From positions 352,305 through 416,304 of the forward strand of contig NW_005434615.1 of assembly GCF_000315625.1 (NCBI RefSeq): a DNA stretch of 64,000 nucleotides, written 5' to 3'. Each line of letters starts with the position of its first letter. Position 1 is the first letter of the stretch. Source of the stretch: Guillardia theta CCMP2712 (lineage: Eukaryota > Protista > Cryptophyta). Positions 32,194-45,729 of this stretch are shown here, in pieces. The notes under the pieces are model-generated. The model did no database searches and was not told the origin of the DNA. It saw nothing but the letters and a program-made list of their open reading frames with translations. Made by a program: the position numbers and the translations under genes.

Positions 32194-32833
32194 CGTGAGG
32201 TTGGAGCTTCGCGCTAGTGCCCTCGGAGACAGCTGCGAGTCCCAACGCCAAGATACCGACGGAGAGAATGTTGCATGGTCCTTTCCAACATTTTCACCTA
32301 GCAGACAGTCATACGCACCCGTGCGTTTCTCAACGTCATATTCGTCCTCAGCTTCTTCTTTGCCTGGTACTTCTGATCTAACGCTCTGGAAACTCATCGT
32401 TCTTGGCTTCATGATGAAAAACAGCTATATTTGAGACACCTGCTTCCGCATTCTCCCCTAATTCACAACCGAGAAGGGTTTTAGAGTTTAGGGTTCTAAC
32501 TCCCCCCTGATGTCTTCCTTCTTCCTTCTTCCTTCTTCTCCCTCCTCATGTCTTCCTTCTTTCTTCTTCTCCTTCTCCCTTCCTCATCTCTACCTGCTCC
32601 AGTCATCCCCATCACCATCTCACCGGAATCATTTCCGAGCGTGCGGTCGCATTGATCCCCGGTTTTGATCGATTGAAACCATAAGGAAGACTTTATTCGA
32701 TTACATTCCTTGAGAGGGACTCCGGGGCGGCCGGGCACTGCGGCAGGGGGGGCGCCGGCCGGCCCGGGCCACTCAGTGATCACTCTGATTGCCATTATGC
32801 CCCAGCACCGCCGCCAAGTCCCTCTGCCAGTCT

Positions 32834-32927
32834 TTTACTCAAAGTTAAGTTAGAAAATCAGTACGAGGACAATCAGGAGAGTACGGTCGAGGAGGCTTGA
32901 CCCTGAGTCCTGAGTCACTGTCGCACA
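32834..32927. repeat. Dispersed intergenic repeat, copy 1
   Basis: Near-identical to 53413-53490 apart from short insertions. Confidence 0.9.
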
Positions 32928-33391
32928 ATGGGCCACACGGCACCGTTGAAACTTGAAACCCAAGCCTGCCAACCGTGCTGTTCCCCAAACTTAACTGATA
33001 CCTTCACAGGCTTAACCGGGCAGTGCACGCAGGACCATTCCCTCACTGTACTACGGTAAACGAGTATCAGACCATCCGCACTGTGACACCGGGCCCGGCC
33101 GCTTCGGTGTGCCCCGGCGGCCCGCCGGGTGAAATGAAACAGTATTACTGAAAGTTATTCGGCACGGTTCGGAGAGGTCGGAGATCGGGTCTATGAAAGG
33201 TCAGCTTCTGATATGTCCTATGACCATCCTAAGAATTTACTATGACCATGATTGTATCATGTAGGCACCCCAAATGTGTACCCTCTAAGACCTCCTATGA
33301 GGATAGATACCAGCTTTCGCTGTAGAGGAGGGCCTAGGAATAGCCTAGGCGGTAGGATCTCCTAGGACGCAATAGCGCCCTATCCTCTGCG

Positions 33392-34786
33392 ATGCCGTCT
33401 AAGAACCACTCGAAGAAGAAGTCAGACAACAAGCATGCCGACGAGCATGCCAAGGAGACGCCGACACCGGCTGCTCCTCAGAAGAGCAGCGAAGAGAGCT
33501 TCCATCTGGACGACGAGAAGATCCGCCAGGTCTTCAAGAAGTACGACAAAGACGGCAGCGGCTACCTGGAGTTCGACGAAGTCATGATCCTCGCAACCGA
33601 TCTCTACGCCAAGTTCAACCCTGATGCTCCTCCGTGAGGCCATCTTGTCTGACCTTGCTGCACGCACTCACTTGCCTGTTGTAGCGTCACTGGGGACCAG
33701 CGTGAGGTCGTTGCTAAGAAACTGATGGAGAGGATTGACCAGAAGCACGGGAACGACGATGGGCGCCTCTCCTTTGATGAGTTCGTTCCTTGGTGAGGAA
33801 GGATCGTTGTCTTGCCTCGATCGCCTTCCATGACATGTGGATGGTGAAAAATAGGTATGCAACTGCGGCGGAGAAGTACTGGAAGATGACCCATACTTCC
33901 CCCAACGATACCCCGGCACCTAAGCCCAAGGCAGAGCCTGCAGCAGAGCCGCCAAAGGAGCGTGTGAAACTTGGGGCAGCCGCAGCCCCAACCTTGCCTG
34001 TGCCTCCACCAGCTGATACAAGCTCGCCCTCCGTCGCCGTCTCGTCTTCTTCAGCTTCGAGAAGCACCACCGGACCAGCAAACGGCTTCAACGCCAACTC
34101 CAAGCAGCCCACGGGAGATACCGTCAAGATGGAAGATGGAAGCACTTGGGTCACTTCCCTTGAGCAGGTGATGTTGAATCTTGCGTTCAAGAGATTGATC
34201 TTAGTTGTCCAGGCTGTTCAGGTCCTGTCAGAGGGAAAGACAAAGATTCTTGTCGCAAGAAGGATTGGGCTCAAGGATGCTGGCGCGAAAACGCTGGCTG
34301 ATGCACTGAAGAAGAACAAGGGTTTGGAAGAGATCTACCTGTGCCAGAATGACATTGGTCCTGCCGGAGCTAAGGTATGATAGCTGTTCTCCTTCTTTGC
34401 GAATTCTTCAATTTCACCCCTGCTACATCGTCCTCTATGTGCTGTCTATGGCATTCGTGGACTTGTGTTCGTTTTGGACAATCTTCTTTACTGAGCGCAA
34501 GGTGCGCAACTGAAGTCCATTCCCTCAGGCTCTTGGCGAGGCCATCGGAGCGCACGGTTCTTTGAAGGAGGTCTACCTCGGGTACAACCAGATCTTGGAT
34601 GAAGGTGCTCAGGGCCTGGCAGAAGCCGTGGCGTCGTGCAAGACCCTCAAGGTGATTGACATCGACTACAACGGGATCACCGGCGACATCCCACAGAAGG
34701 TCGCAGCCATCAACGCCTGCTGTGACTACTTCAACGGTGGAGAGAAGGCCAAAATCGTCACCTCGCTCAGCAAGATCATGTGCTGA
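33392..34786 (+). CDS. EF-hand plus RNI-type leucine-rich-repeat protein
   Basis: EF loops DKDGSGYLEFDE and ...NDDGRLSFDEF; Pro/Ala linker; LRRs LEEIYLCQNDIGPAGAK and LKEVYLGYNQILDEGAQGLAEA; several introns. Confidence 0.85.
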
Positions 34787-34938
34787 GTAGGACCGCTGGC
34801 TTGAGTGATGCCAGGATGCAGTAGACGAGAGCTTAGTCTTTTATTGAATGAAGCTAGCGACAAATGAGCGAGCAGATGATAGATTTCTCTATCGTGGAAC
34901 GATCAACAAGGATGCTCACACGCTGAATCAAACTCTTA

Positions 34939-35631
34939 TCATCCGTAGATCAACCGGAAAACATCGTTGAAGCAATAGTATCCTTGACCCCCTGGCAAGG
35001 GAGCGAGTGTGAACACCTGTCACGTTAGACTCAGCACAAGTTTCTTTCATCTCTCAAGGAAGCAGGCTCACCTGGCTGAACTTCATTGGGTGCTCGGAAC
35101 CATCCACCTTGAGATGGCCACAGACGAAGACTAGTATGCCTCCTCCGTTGGTTGGTTGATAGTCTGATGTGACGATCTCATGCTCCACAGTCTGGAACTG
35201 AAGACCGTTGAGCTTCTGAGAGATAGCTTCCACGCCCTGAAACTTTTCACCCTCGAATGTCAGCATAGAGTTGTCTTGGTAGAGACTTCGTATGCTTGCT
35301 CGGTTGGTATCAAACATCTTGTAGTAATGACCAACGAAAGCAGCCCCTACCTCCTGCATGGCTATCGTCACAAGAAGCAAGGATGAGTTTGTTCAGGACA
35401 TTCCGACTCGTCCTCACATACCTCGAAGTTCGGGTTAAGGGAAGATCCGCCCCGCAAGCGCTGCAATGTTGGAGGGGCTTTTACATGCTCGTTCCATGGC
35501 CTTGGCGAGCTCAGCCGGAGCGAAGAGGCCGGTGCATAGCGTACTGACTCAGAGAGGGGGAGGAGGAGGAGGAGGGCGAGCACAAGGAGGCGATGGGGAG
35601 GCGAAGAGCGCGCGAGGAATAGAAACGCCAT
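34939..35631 (-). CDS. NTF2: Nuclear transport factor 2 with a signal-plus-RLRGG leader
   Basis: EVGAAFVGHYYKMFD...SMLTFEGEKFQG...KFSQ|VFTL...YYCFNDVFRLIYG*; first exon MAFLFL...LLVLALLLLLPLSES...LQRLRGG. Confidence 0.92.
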
Positions 35632-35877
35632 GTAGAACCCGCGGAAAGTAGGGAAGGGAAACGGCAAAGGGCTGGGAGGAGAGGTAGAGCAATTTCAATT
35701 AGAGTCCCAATTAATAAATGGGTGATGTATAGGGGTGAACGATCAGAGAAGGAGTGGGTCAGTGAGGAGATGAGGGTTATGGAACAGAGAACAAACGGGG
35801 AGTGACAAGGGAAAAATGGATTTCAGTAGAGAGCAGGGGGGAAGAGAGGAGGGAGAGGCGATGACAGAGGAAGGAGA

Positions 35878-36000
35878 GGAGAGAGAGAAGAGAGAGAAGA
35901 GAGAAGAGAGAAGAGAGAAGAGAGAGAAGAGAGAGAAGAGAGAAGAGAGAGAGAGAAGAGAGAAGAGAGAAGAGAGAGAGAGAGAGAAGAGAGAGAGGGG
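35878..36000. repeat. GA/AGAGA polypurine microsatellite
   Basis: Tandem AGAGA(AG) units between two divergent genes. Confidence 0.9.
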
Positions 36001-36077
36001 AGAATGATGAGGGAGGAGATCAGGTAACCTACGTAAGACACTGAAGCAAAGAGCCTTGAGGCGAAGGGTGTGAAGGC

Positions 36078-37675
36078 ATGAAGATCTACTGCATTCTCCT
36101 CGATGCACTGCCATGGTCGAGCGGAGGAGAAGGAGCGCGGCATGCACGGGACAATACCGCGGGCGAGAGTTTGGCTGAGATCGCCAGGGCCAGGAGCCTT
36201 CGCCATGTCCACCAGGTGTCTACCGGGATGTTCACGACCACCACGTAAGATCGGAGTGCTCGACGCTCCTGACTCACTCCCGTGCTGCGCAGCTTGCTGT
36301 CGATGCTCACCGGCACGCTGCCATCCGACGTGGTGCCTGGAGGAGTCGGATACCTTGCGCACCACGAGGACAGATACTACGAATGGATGAAGGTGACGGG
36401 AATGGTTCCAGCCATGGCGTCTCATGCGACTCTTGCATGCAGGATCGCAAGATCCATCTCTTCCAGCACCTAATGGCGGCAGGATTCAAGATCAAGCTGC
36501 ACAACCACCTTGACTTCATCCTCCGCATGCTCCTGGGGTATCGCTCCGACGACCCGCTGACCGAGTTCAGGACCGATAGCTCGGGGGAATGGTGGAACAT
36601 TGAGCTGAGCAGCACGAACGTGAGGGAGGGCAGCTTCGATGCGAGCATGCAAACGTTCGAGGAGTTTGATGACGAGGAGCTGTGCGGGAGGTACTATGAG
36701 CTGGAGGAAGCATACATCCGCCAGCTGCAATCAAAGAGCTCCGAAACCAACACCTTCTTCTTCACGCAGCAGCAAGACTGGCATGACTCATGGTACACCA
36801 AGAGACTCTCTGCGATGAGGAGGTCGAGGAGGAGAACCTTGGAATGGCTGAAACTGTGGAACTTCGACGAACCGGATGCTGTCTTCTGGATCTTCAGCGA
36901 TCATGGCTATCAGGTGAGACATGAGTTGCTGGTATGTGGAGCTCCACTACCACTAGCTAGGGGGAGGTAGACTTGACTAGAGTTGTCTTGCAAGCTTCAA
37001 ACACCGTATATCTCACTCAGCTCAGGTGGAGACTGTGATATCGCCGAAAGACACTCTTACATGGATGCTGTTCAGAGACAACCGACCGCAGCCGGTGATT
37101 GTTTTGTGATGATAACGATCGTAATCCGCCTGAATTCCCTCAGATGCATCCTATGCGATCTGTCATCAGCAGCGTTGACTTCTATTCCACCATAATGTGC
37201 CTCGTAATCTTGTTGATCTCTGGACTGGAACGAAAAATTTTGATGTTTGTTTAGTTGGGGAAAACTGATCACCAGGACACTGAGGCATTGGTTCCCATCA
37301 ACAAGGCTGCAAGCCTGTAAGTTGTAAGATACATTTGATGGAAATCAGATGGAAATGATGGAGTAGTTGATGACGAGGCTGTTGATGATTGTCACTTTTG
37401 CAGGGAACGAGTGTTCTTAGGAGAGGATTCGCGAGTGAAAGACAATGAGAAATTCTGTGAAGCTGCAGGTAACGAAGGGGGCGATGAGCGATTAGAATTC
37501 TCCTTCTCTCTCGCTTCTCAACATGTCAAGAAGACATTCTGAAGTAATCTTCTGATCGTGATTGTCCTTTCTCAATCTTCCAGTGGTATCGACCATCGTT
37601 GAGTGGGACGACCAACCCTCGATCAGTTATCCGGTGAAGAGCAAGCATGTCAAGGTTCCAATGATTAAACTCTGA
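36078..37675 (+). CDS. Alkaline-phosphatase/sulfatase-superfamily protein
   Basis: Spliced reading MKIYCILLDALPW...GMFTTT|TLLSMLTGTLPS...DWHD...VFWIFSDHG shows the metal-ligand and nucleophile motifs of this fold. 3' exons approximate. Confidence 0.7.
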
Positions 37676-38456
37676 TATTTGTCTGGCAGATCACTATGTA
37701 CCTTGCATGTTATGTTCGACATCTCAACACAATCAAGATCTTCAGGTTGTTGACCCTCCTCCAAGAGCTCGTTCCTGTTGTCGTAACTTCTTTCTCCTCA
37801 CCCCTCTTTCAGATACCTCTTCCTGCACGAGAACCCTTACGCTGCTGAGAAGATTTCCCTGACTGACTTGCCAGATAAGGTGCTCACAACTTGACCCCCT
37901 CCCCCCCCAACTCACTTCCTCTTCCTCTCCCTCTCCCTCTCCCACTTCCTCTCCTCCTCCCTCCTCCCACTTCCTCTCCTTCTCCATCTCCCTCCTTCTC
38001 CCACTTCCTCTCGCCCTTTCCCTCACCCTCCGCCTCCGGCCCCCATTACCTCTCCTCCTCCATCTTTCTCCTCCTTCGGCTCTGACCATCTCATGCTGTT
38101 TCCTGCAGGATGGTTGTCGGGCGCGACTGTTAGGGAGCTTGAGGGAGAAGTTCTCGTGGGTCAAGAAAGAGGAACTTGAGCAAGCTATCCTTTCCTCCTC
38201 CTCCTCCTCCTCCTCCTCCTCCTCCTCTGCTCCTGCTCCTCGTGCCCCTTCTTTTGCGCCGAGCCTCCTCCTCCTCCCGAATGGGATGGTCGTACCAGCT
38301 TGTCCTCCGGTGAAACTATTTTGAGGCAATGAAGGGGCTGATGTTTTGGAGCAGGGGACGATCCAAAGATGAAGTCGAGGCGAGCAAGACCGAGGAGGAA
38401 GAGACGAGGGTGGGGAGAGGAGGGAGACTACGTGCCGGGAGGGGAGGAGGAGAGAT

Positions 38457-38499
<43 letters not shown>

Positions 38500-38631
38500 G
38501 GGTTTCCTTCTATCAAGGGAGGAAGGCGACCTCAAACGAATCGACAGGATGGGATGGTGTAAAAACCAGAAACATCCTCTTCTTATCCTCCCCCCCCCCT
38601 TCCCCCCCCCTTCCTCCTCTTCTGCTCTTTC

Positions 38632-39996
38632 TCACACGCAAGATCGCGACTCTCGCATGCTCACCAGAGCTTCTCTTGTTGGACATTCTGAAAGGCATCT
38701 GTGAAATCATCAGCTCCTCCCTCCCTCCCTTCCTCCCTCCCTCCTTCCCTCCCTTCCTCCCTCCCTCCCTGAATCCCTCCCTCCCCCTGCCTCCTTCCTC
38801 GTCTTCGCTCTTCTCCCTCCTCTCGCTCTTTGTCATACCCGCGGGGGATTCTCGGGTCCTTGTCGACGTCGATAGGATGCTCTCCGAAGCTCCACTGGCA
38901 CTCCTGGGTTCTGCGATGGAGTGAGGAAGGAGGAAGCAAAGAGAAGAAGAGGAAGGAGGAGAAGGGGAGCGGAAGAGGAAGGAGAGGAGGGGATGAGATG
39001 GGAGCGAAGGGAGATGCAGTGGGCGGAAGAGGGAGTAGGGAGGGAGGAAAGGAAGAGGGAGGGAGGGAGGGAGGGAGGGGAACAAGAGTCCTACTCGAAG
39101 TTTGGAGTGACAGTTAGTGGGAGTCCGAGTTCCTGTGGTAGGATGAGGAGGAGATGGCGCATGCTGACTTGACATGCCTGAGAGAAGAATTGCTGGGCTG
39201 GAAGTTTGCACTGGTTGATACACAGACTCTTACATCCAGACTCCTGTTGTCCTTGTCAGCTGTCCTGTCCTGTCCTGTCCGCTCCTCTCCTCTTCCCATT
39301 CTCTCCTCTCCTCTCCTCTCCTCTCCTCTCCTCTCCGCTCCGCTCCTGTCCTGTCCTGTCCTGTCCTGTCCCCTCTCCTGTCCTCCCATCTTCTCTCCCC
39401 TCCACAATCTTCCCCTCCCCTCACTTCTTCGCTATGTTCCACTCTTCTCTCCTCCTCTCTCACCTGAAGAAACTTGCATTTCTCCACCACCAGCCCCCCT
39501 AGCTGTCCGTCTTTTCTTCTGTTCGGTCGGCTCGGGCCCACCAGGAAACCAAAGAATGTCGGAGTGACAAACGACGTTAGCCATGCCGCCTGCCTCTCTT
39601 GTTAATGACTCCTCCTCCTCCCTCCTCCTTCCCACTCTCCTCCTCCTCCTCCTCCTCCCTCCTCCTTCCCTCCCTCCCTCCCTCCTCCTCCCTCCTCCCT
39701 CCTCCTCCTCCAATCCTTGTCCCCCCATTTCCCCAGCTTATCCTTTCTCCCTTTCTGCATTTTCCAGTCTCGTTCTCCTCCTTCCCACCCTCCTCCCTCC
39801 TCCCTCTTCCCGCCTCGCTCCTCCCTCTTCCTACCCACGGCCAGGGCCCATATTGTTTCCCCGCGATGATTCCGGACATGAACACCTACAGCATCATTAC
39901 ATCCTGATCCTCTCACTTCCTCCTCCCTCCTAAATGATTCATCTCCTCCTCTGTCTCTGATCCCCCATCCGCTCTCCCCCATCCTCGTCCTCGTCT

Positions 39997-40037
<41 letters not shown>

Positions 40038-41142
40038 TTTCCTACCTTGTAGAATGGCGGCATGACGGGCGTCAGCAGCCCTGACAGCTCGTAAGTACCC
40101 CTCGACTCGCTCTGGGTGCACCTGCTAGCGTGTTGTACACCATCCGGTTCTGCGCCTCCGCCGTCTGACCAGGACGAAGGAGATACTCGCGCCCTTGCTC
40201 GAGAAGTCCGAGGATTCCCTTCACCGTGAATGTCAGGTCCTCCTCTCCTCTCCTCTCCTCTTCCATCCTCTCCTCTTCCATCCTCTCCTCTCCTCTCCTC
40301 TCCTCTCCTCTCCTCTCCTCTCCTCTCCTCTCCTCTCCTCTCCTCTCCTCTCCCACCTCTTTCTCGCTTTGAAACCCCGTCTCCTTCGCTACCAAACTCC
40401 GGAAGATGGACAGCAGAACTTTGTCGAGCGGGCTCTCAGTGTAAGTCACGTTGGGGAGGGAGCAGCTGGGGAAGAGCTCGGCCTCGTATGCCTCTCGATT
40501 TACAGCTCGAGACTTGTCCAGCAGGGAGATGTCAACTTTCTGGCAGCTGGAGTCAGCGGGGGAGGGAGGAGGAGATGGGAGGAGGGGAGGAAGGAGGAAA
40601 CGGTAAGGAGGAGGGAATGCGATGGAGAAAGCAGCAGAAGCGAGGAGGGAGGAGCGGAGCGGAGGAGCCCAGAGGAGGCAGGAGGAGACAGGAGTTGGTA
40701 CCTGCGGCTGCTTACGAACTCTACCCTCATACGGCACGTCCTGAACGTTAGGAAGATCGTTCCTGTCCACCATCCCTCCCAGTGCCGTTGCTGCCCTGAC
40801 ATAGGCAGCGTAGTCGTGCTGGATGAGCTGGTGCAAGAGGCTCCTCCTCTCGGCCAGCAGGTCTCCAGCTGCCTTGTCCTTCCCTCCCTGGGCCTCGATC
40901 TCAGCCGTCAGCCGCAGGATCTTGCTTTCCTCGTTTCTCTCCGTGTGGCTCCAGGCCCATGCCTCCTTCTTCACGTCTGCTGACGGGAACAGCATCATGC
41001 GCATGCCGGACCCTCGGCCTGCGCATCTCCGAGCCGCAGGACCACGAGGAATGTCAAGAGCTGCAGGAGGGCAGAGGAAGCAGCTCACGTCGACGAGAGC
41101 AAGCGACAAGCAGAAAGCCACTCGCAGCACGCTTCTGAACAT
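38632..41142 (-). CDS. D27-like beta-carotene isomerase family protein, probably plastid-targeted
   Basis: YTESPLDKVLLSIF, FFGFLVGP, VEKCKFLQ|ESGCKSLCINQCKLPAQQFF and LTVTPNFE|TQECQWSFG; signal peptide ending VSC followed by F. Confidence 0.88.
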
Positions 41143-41840
41143 TTGCTTCCTGCATGACAGCATAGCGGTCACAATCTAGCCACAGAAAACAACTTAATGC
41201 ATGACGATGCTGCTAATAGCACTCTTGTCTCTATTCTCCTCCTCAAACGATACGAGCCTTTCTCGATTGTCGCCCCCTCTAAATTTTTATCCTCCACTCT
41301 GCTACTCCCCACCTCCTGCTCCTGCTCCTGCTCCTGCTGCTCCTGCTGCTCCTGCTCCTCCTGCTCCTGCTGCTCCTCCTGCTCCTGCTGCTCCTCCTGC
41401 TCCTGCTGCTCCTCCTCTCCCTTCCCTCATCCTTCATGGACAGTGTACATGCTCACAAGGAACAATGTAAGCAGCAAGGTGGGGTACTTAGGTCCTCAGA
41501 AAGTACCGGGTGTCCTCTGAACAAAAAAGGGGTTCAATTTGGTGTCCGGTGGTCCATTCAGAAGATTAGGGGGTGGGGGTTATGGTTATAAAGGCAAAGG
41601 TAGTTTGCTCCGAGATGAGACTGGGGCGAGAAATGGAGGAAGAGGGGGGAAGGGGGGGGGGGGAGGAGGAGGAAGGAGGAAGGAGGAAGGGGACAAGGCA
41701 GGGAGGAAAACGATGAAGCTGTAGGCCAAGAACAGTGTTTAGAGAGGAAGAGCGCATTTTTTTATCCAAGAATGAAGATATTCGAAGATTTCATGCTGTT
41801 TGTACTCATTGAGAGTGAAGGCTAAGCTCGCTTACGACAG

Positions 41841-44127
41841 ATGGGAAACGGCTTCTCTCTGATTGCTCTGCCCCAATGGTACAGAGAATGGGGATCGATG
41901 TACGGAAAGAACGGCTTCCTGCAGGTGTGTTCCTTCTAACCTCTGTGGTAGTAATGAAGTTTGCTGGGGGTGTTGATTGAGATGTTGATTGAGATGTTGA
42001 TTGAGATGTTGATTGAGATGTTGATGTTGATGTTGATGTTGATGTTGATGTTGATGTTGATGTTGTGGTTGTAATTGTTGTTGATGATGATGCCGTTGGA
42101 GACGATGAAGACGACGGGGAGAAAGAAGACGATAGTGATGATGATGAAAAACGTGAAACGATCAAGAGATTAGCTGACGGGGTGATGCGGCAGGCGTCAA
42201 GATCGGCACAATGGGACACCACTGATCTCAAAGATCTGTCAGGCAGAGTCCACATCATCACGGGAGGGAACGCTGGTATCGGCTTCGAAGTAGCCAAGGA
42301 GCTGGCTAGGAGGAACGCAATCGTGCACATGCTCTGCAGGAACAAGGAGAGGGGCGAGGCGGCAAGAGAGCAGATCGCCAAGGAGACGGGCAACAGCCAG
42401 GTGAAGAGCCTTGCTCCAGCCTGCTGCCTGCTGCCTCCTGCCTGCTGCCTCCTGCCTGCTGCCTCCTGCCTCCTGCCTCCTGCCTCCTCCTCCATGTCGT
42501 TCACTCACGTTTCTCAGGTTTTCCTGCACACCGTCGATGTGTCAAGCGCCCAGTCCTGTCGCAGCTTTGCGGAGAAATTTCTGGAGTCCAACGAGAAGCT
42601 TCACGTCCTCGTCAACAACGCTGGGATCCTGCCGACCGAGAGAGAGACGACGGTCGATGGGCTCGAGAGCTGCATGGCGACGGCGCTGGGCGGGAGCTTC
42701 CTCCTTACCGGCCTCCTCTTGCCAGCTCTCAAGAACGCGAAGCCGTCGGTGGTCGTCAACGTGACTTCAGGTGAGAGGGAAGGAGGAGATGAGGGAAGTC
42801 ACCGGCCGCTGTCAGCTGGGATGTACCTGGCGAAGACCGACGTGGATGATCTCGAGGTGAGAGCACTCAGCTGGGGTGGCTGATGCTGAGGGGGCTTGAA
42901 GATGAAGAAGAGGAAGTTCGACGGGTTCCTGCAGTACTGCAGAGCCAAGAGGGCGCAGGTTGGCGGTTGAGGGGAGCAGGACGAGGGATGACGGCGGGGG
43001 GTAGGTTGAGCTCAGCGAGATCTGGTCAGAGAAGCTGGGAGGCAGGTGAAAGTGTTTTTGCTCCTACCGCTCCTCCCGCTCACGTTGTTTCTGCGATCCA
43101 GCGGGATTTCCTTCCACTCCATGTGAGCTCAGGGCGGGACAAGACGGGAGGCGGCGAGTGACGACTCGCAGGCATCCGGGATATGCTGTCACTCCGGGTG
43201 TAGAGGTCTTTGCCCCTTCCTGCCCCTCTGCTGATCAACTTGTCCTTCCCTCCTGTCCACCTTTCCTGCCCACCTGCCCTCCTGCCCTCCTGCCCACCTG
43301 CCCTCCTGCCCTCCTGCCCTCCTGCCCTCCTGCCCTCCTGCCCTCCTGCCCTCCTGCCCTCCTGCCCTCCTTCCTGCCTTTCCGTGCGCCTGTGCCCCTG
43401 GACTTCTGCGCTCCTCTTTCCTCCTCCTCAACCACCGTCACCACACCTGCTCGATCAACTTTGCAACTCAACACCTCTTTACTTGGAGACAGAAACTCCC
43501 AGGGCTCGGAGACAGAAAGCCTGGAGGTTTCATAGAGCAGCATGGTCCCTCGCTCCGATCCGCTGCTCAGGAAGACGCAGATCGCTGTACGCCGTTGGGA
43601 AGCTGACGTGCAGTGCAGGGAGCGGACACGATTGTATGGATGGCCAGCGCTCCCGTCGTCTCCTCCTCCACCGGTGAGAAAGCGATTCGGCTGGGCCGTT
43701 GGGATGCGAGTGATGGTGGAAGGAAGTGCAGGAGAATGGTGGAGGGCAAACAGAAAAACACGCATGGAGCAGAAGCAGGAGTAGAGGCGGGGGAGAGAGT
43801 AGGGGAAGGGGAAGGAGTAAGATCAGGGGAGTTAGGACGGAGGAAGAGGAGGGACGTAGAGTCATTCAAAATTGAGGGACTGAAGCTCGGGGCAGGCAAG
43901 CTCTGGTTTGACAGGAGGGCCGTGCACACCAGGTAAGTGAAGGGAGGGAGAGAAGGTTACGAGAGGTGACGGCCTGTCAAGTTTCCCCCTGTCCTTCACA
44001 ACTCTGAACCAGTCAGAACGTGAAATATTGTAAGTTGCTCCATACACGCCCCCCCCCCCCGGACGCTGACGTCATCGCGTCCAGATGGAGGAGGTGCGGG
44101 GAGCTCATGGGATGGAAGTTGGAGTAG
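41841..44127 (+). CDS. Short-chain dehydrogenase/reductase, DHRS12-like
   Basis: ITGGNAGIG, LVNNAG, QYCRAKRAQ (YxxxK), MHPGYAVTPGV, QGADTIVWMA and WFDR; many repeat-filled introns. Confidence 0.9.
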
Positions 44128-44225
44128 AAACTGAGCTCTTGCGTCGACTTACGAGGCCTCGACCTTCCCCGGGGATCAAAGATGTCCGGGAGGCAGCAAG
44201 CATCTCATGTTTCTTGTATTTACAT

Positions 44226-45729
44226 TCAGTGGGTAGCAGCGGTCTCATAAGTTTGCAAAGCTTGCCAAGGGTTCGGAAGTTGACCTCTCTGTTGAGCCGA
44301 GGCGCTGCCTGTGTAACAACAGCACCAGCGTGAGCAACCAAAAAGCAGTAACGACGCTGATGCTGTTGAGGAAGATGATGATGACGAGGAGGAGAAGGAG
44401 AAACAGGATGACAAGGAGCAGTCCATGGGTGAGTGAGTGCAGAGGAGGATGCGACAGGAAGCATAAAAGTAAATGAGGAGGCATACAACGTGTAACCCAC
44501 CAGTGTCCGCAGCAGCAGACGCGATCTGCTTCATCTTCTGCATCAGGGAGGATGTTCTAGCCTTCATCGCAGGCATCTACAAGCCAGTGAGATTGTCGTG
44601 CACAACCTGAGATCCTCTCACCTGGTAAGGGAAGGTATCTACATAGTTAGGGAGGGGGGCTGCGCTGGGGAAAGGGACTGCGCTAGGGAAAGGGGCTGCG
44701 GCTACTGGGGGGACGAAGGGACGAGGGGGAAAGCGGCTGGGTACTGCTCTGGGCATTGGAGGACGGAGAGTGACCTGTAAGAGAGTAAGGAGAGGATGGA
44801 GAAGGCAAGGCAATCGTCACCGTTGTCTGTGGAACCACAACACCCGCCTGCCCACCGCTGGCTTTCCATGCGCTGTAGAAAGCCGACGAGGAGGAAGACG
44901 CTAAGAGGGGACAGCATGAGATCAGATCATTCCCGTGGCACGCAGTCCTCTCACCTGAGGGGATACTTGCTCCTGTCCTCTCGCTCTGCTTCCCGCAGTT
45001 AGTCCCACAGTTCGGCACTTGAGTCCCAGACGGGAGGCTCGAGTAACCGAACTGGCCGATCCCGTTCACTCCTCCTGAGACACCTCCAGTCAAGGAAGCC
45101 TCCACAGGCCCCTCCTTCTCTGCTGCTGTGTCCATGGCAAGATCAGCGATCTTCTTTGACACTTCCTTGGACGTGATGACCCTGGTGACTGCCTCTGCGA
45201 TCTTCTTCGCCTCCTCCTCCACCTTCTTCTGTCTTTCCTCAATGTTCGCCTCAACGGCCGCCAGAGTTGCCTTGTACTCTTCGCTGGATTCATCATCTTC
45301 ATCTCCCTCAGCCTCCTTCTCGCTGCTGTCCTCCGACGGCACATCCTTCAACAGCTGGGCGCGCTTGCCCCCCAATACCTTTTTCGACCCCTCTCCACTC
45401 TTGCCCGCCGGACCTTCGAGAGGAGAGAGCTTGATCCTTCCCGTCACGAACTTGCCGTACACATACCCGACGGCATCAGCAACGCCAGGCTTCTGCTTGC
45501 CATTGGGGAACTGGACATCCCACAGCTTCAAAGAGCCACCTGGTACCGCTACTACACAATCATCCTGAGACCTCAAACACGCGGAGGAGAGTGCAGCAGC
45601 TTCAGGAGCTCCCTGCTCCTCCTCAACGAGCTCTTCACTGATAATATGGGAGCTCTGGATCGCTATCATCACGCACAGAAGCAGCGCGCACATGGCGACC
45701 GCCTGTGCAGCCTGCCGCCATGCCGGCAT
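44226..45729 (-). CDS. Hypothetical protein with an N-terminal signal or anchor (3' exons uncertain)
   Basis: Hydrophobic N-terminus, acidic coiled coil and Pro-rich later exons; GT-AG introns visible. Confidence 0.6.

Noticed and set aside
37742-38560. Possible small spliced minus-strand gene
   Set aside because: I could not assemble a consistent frame or recognise any motif.
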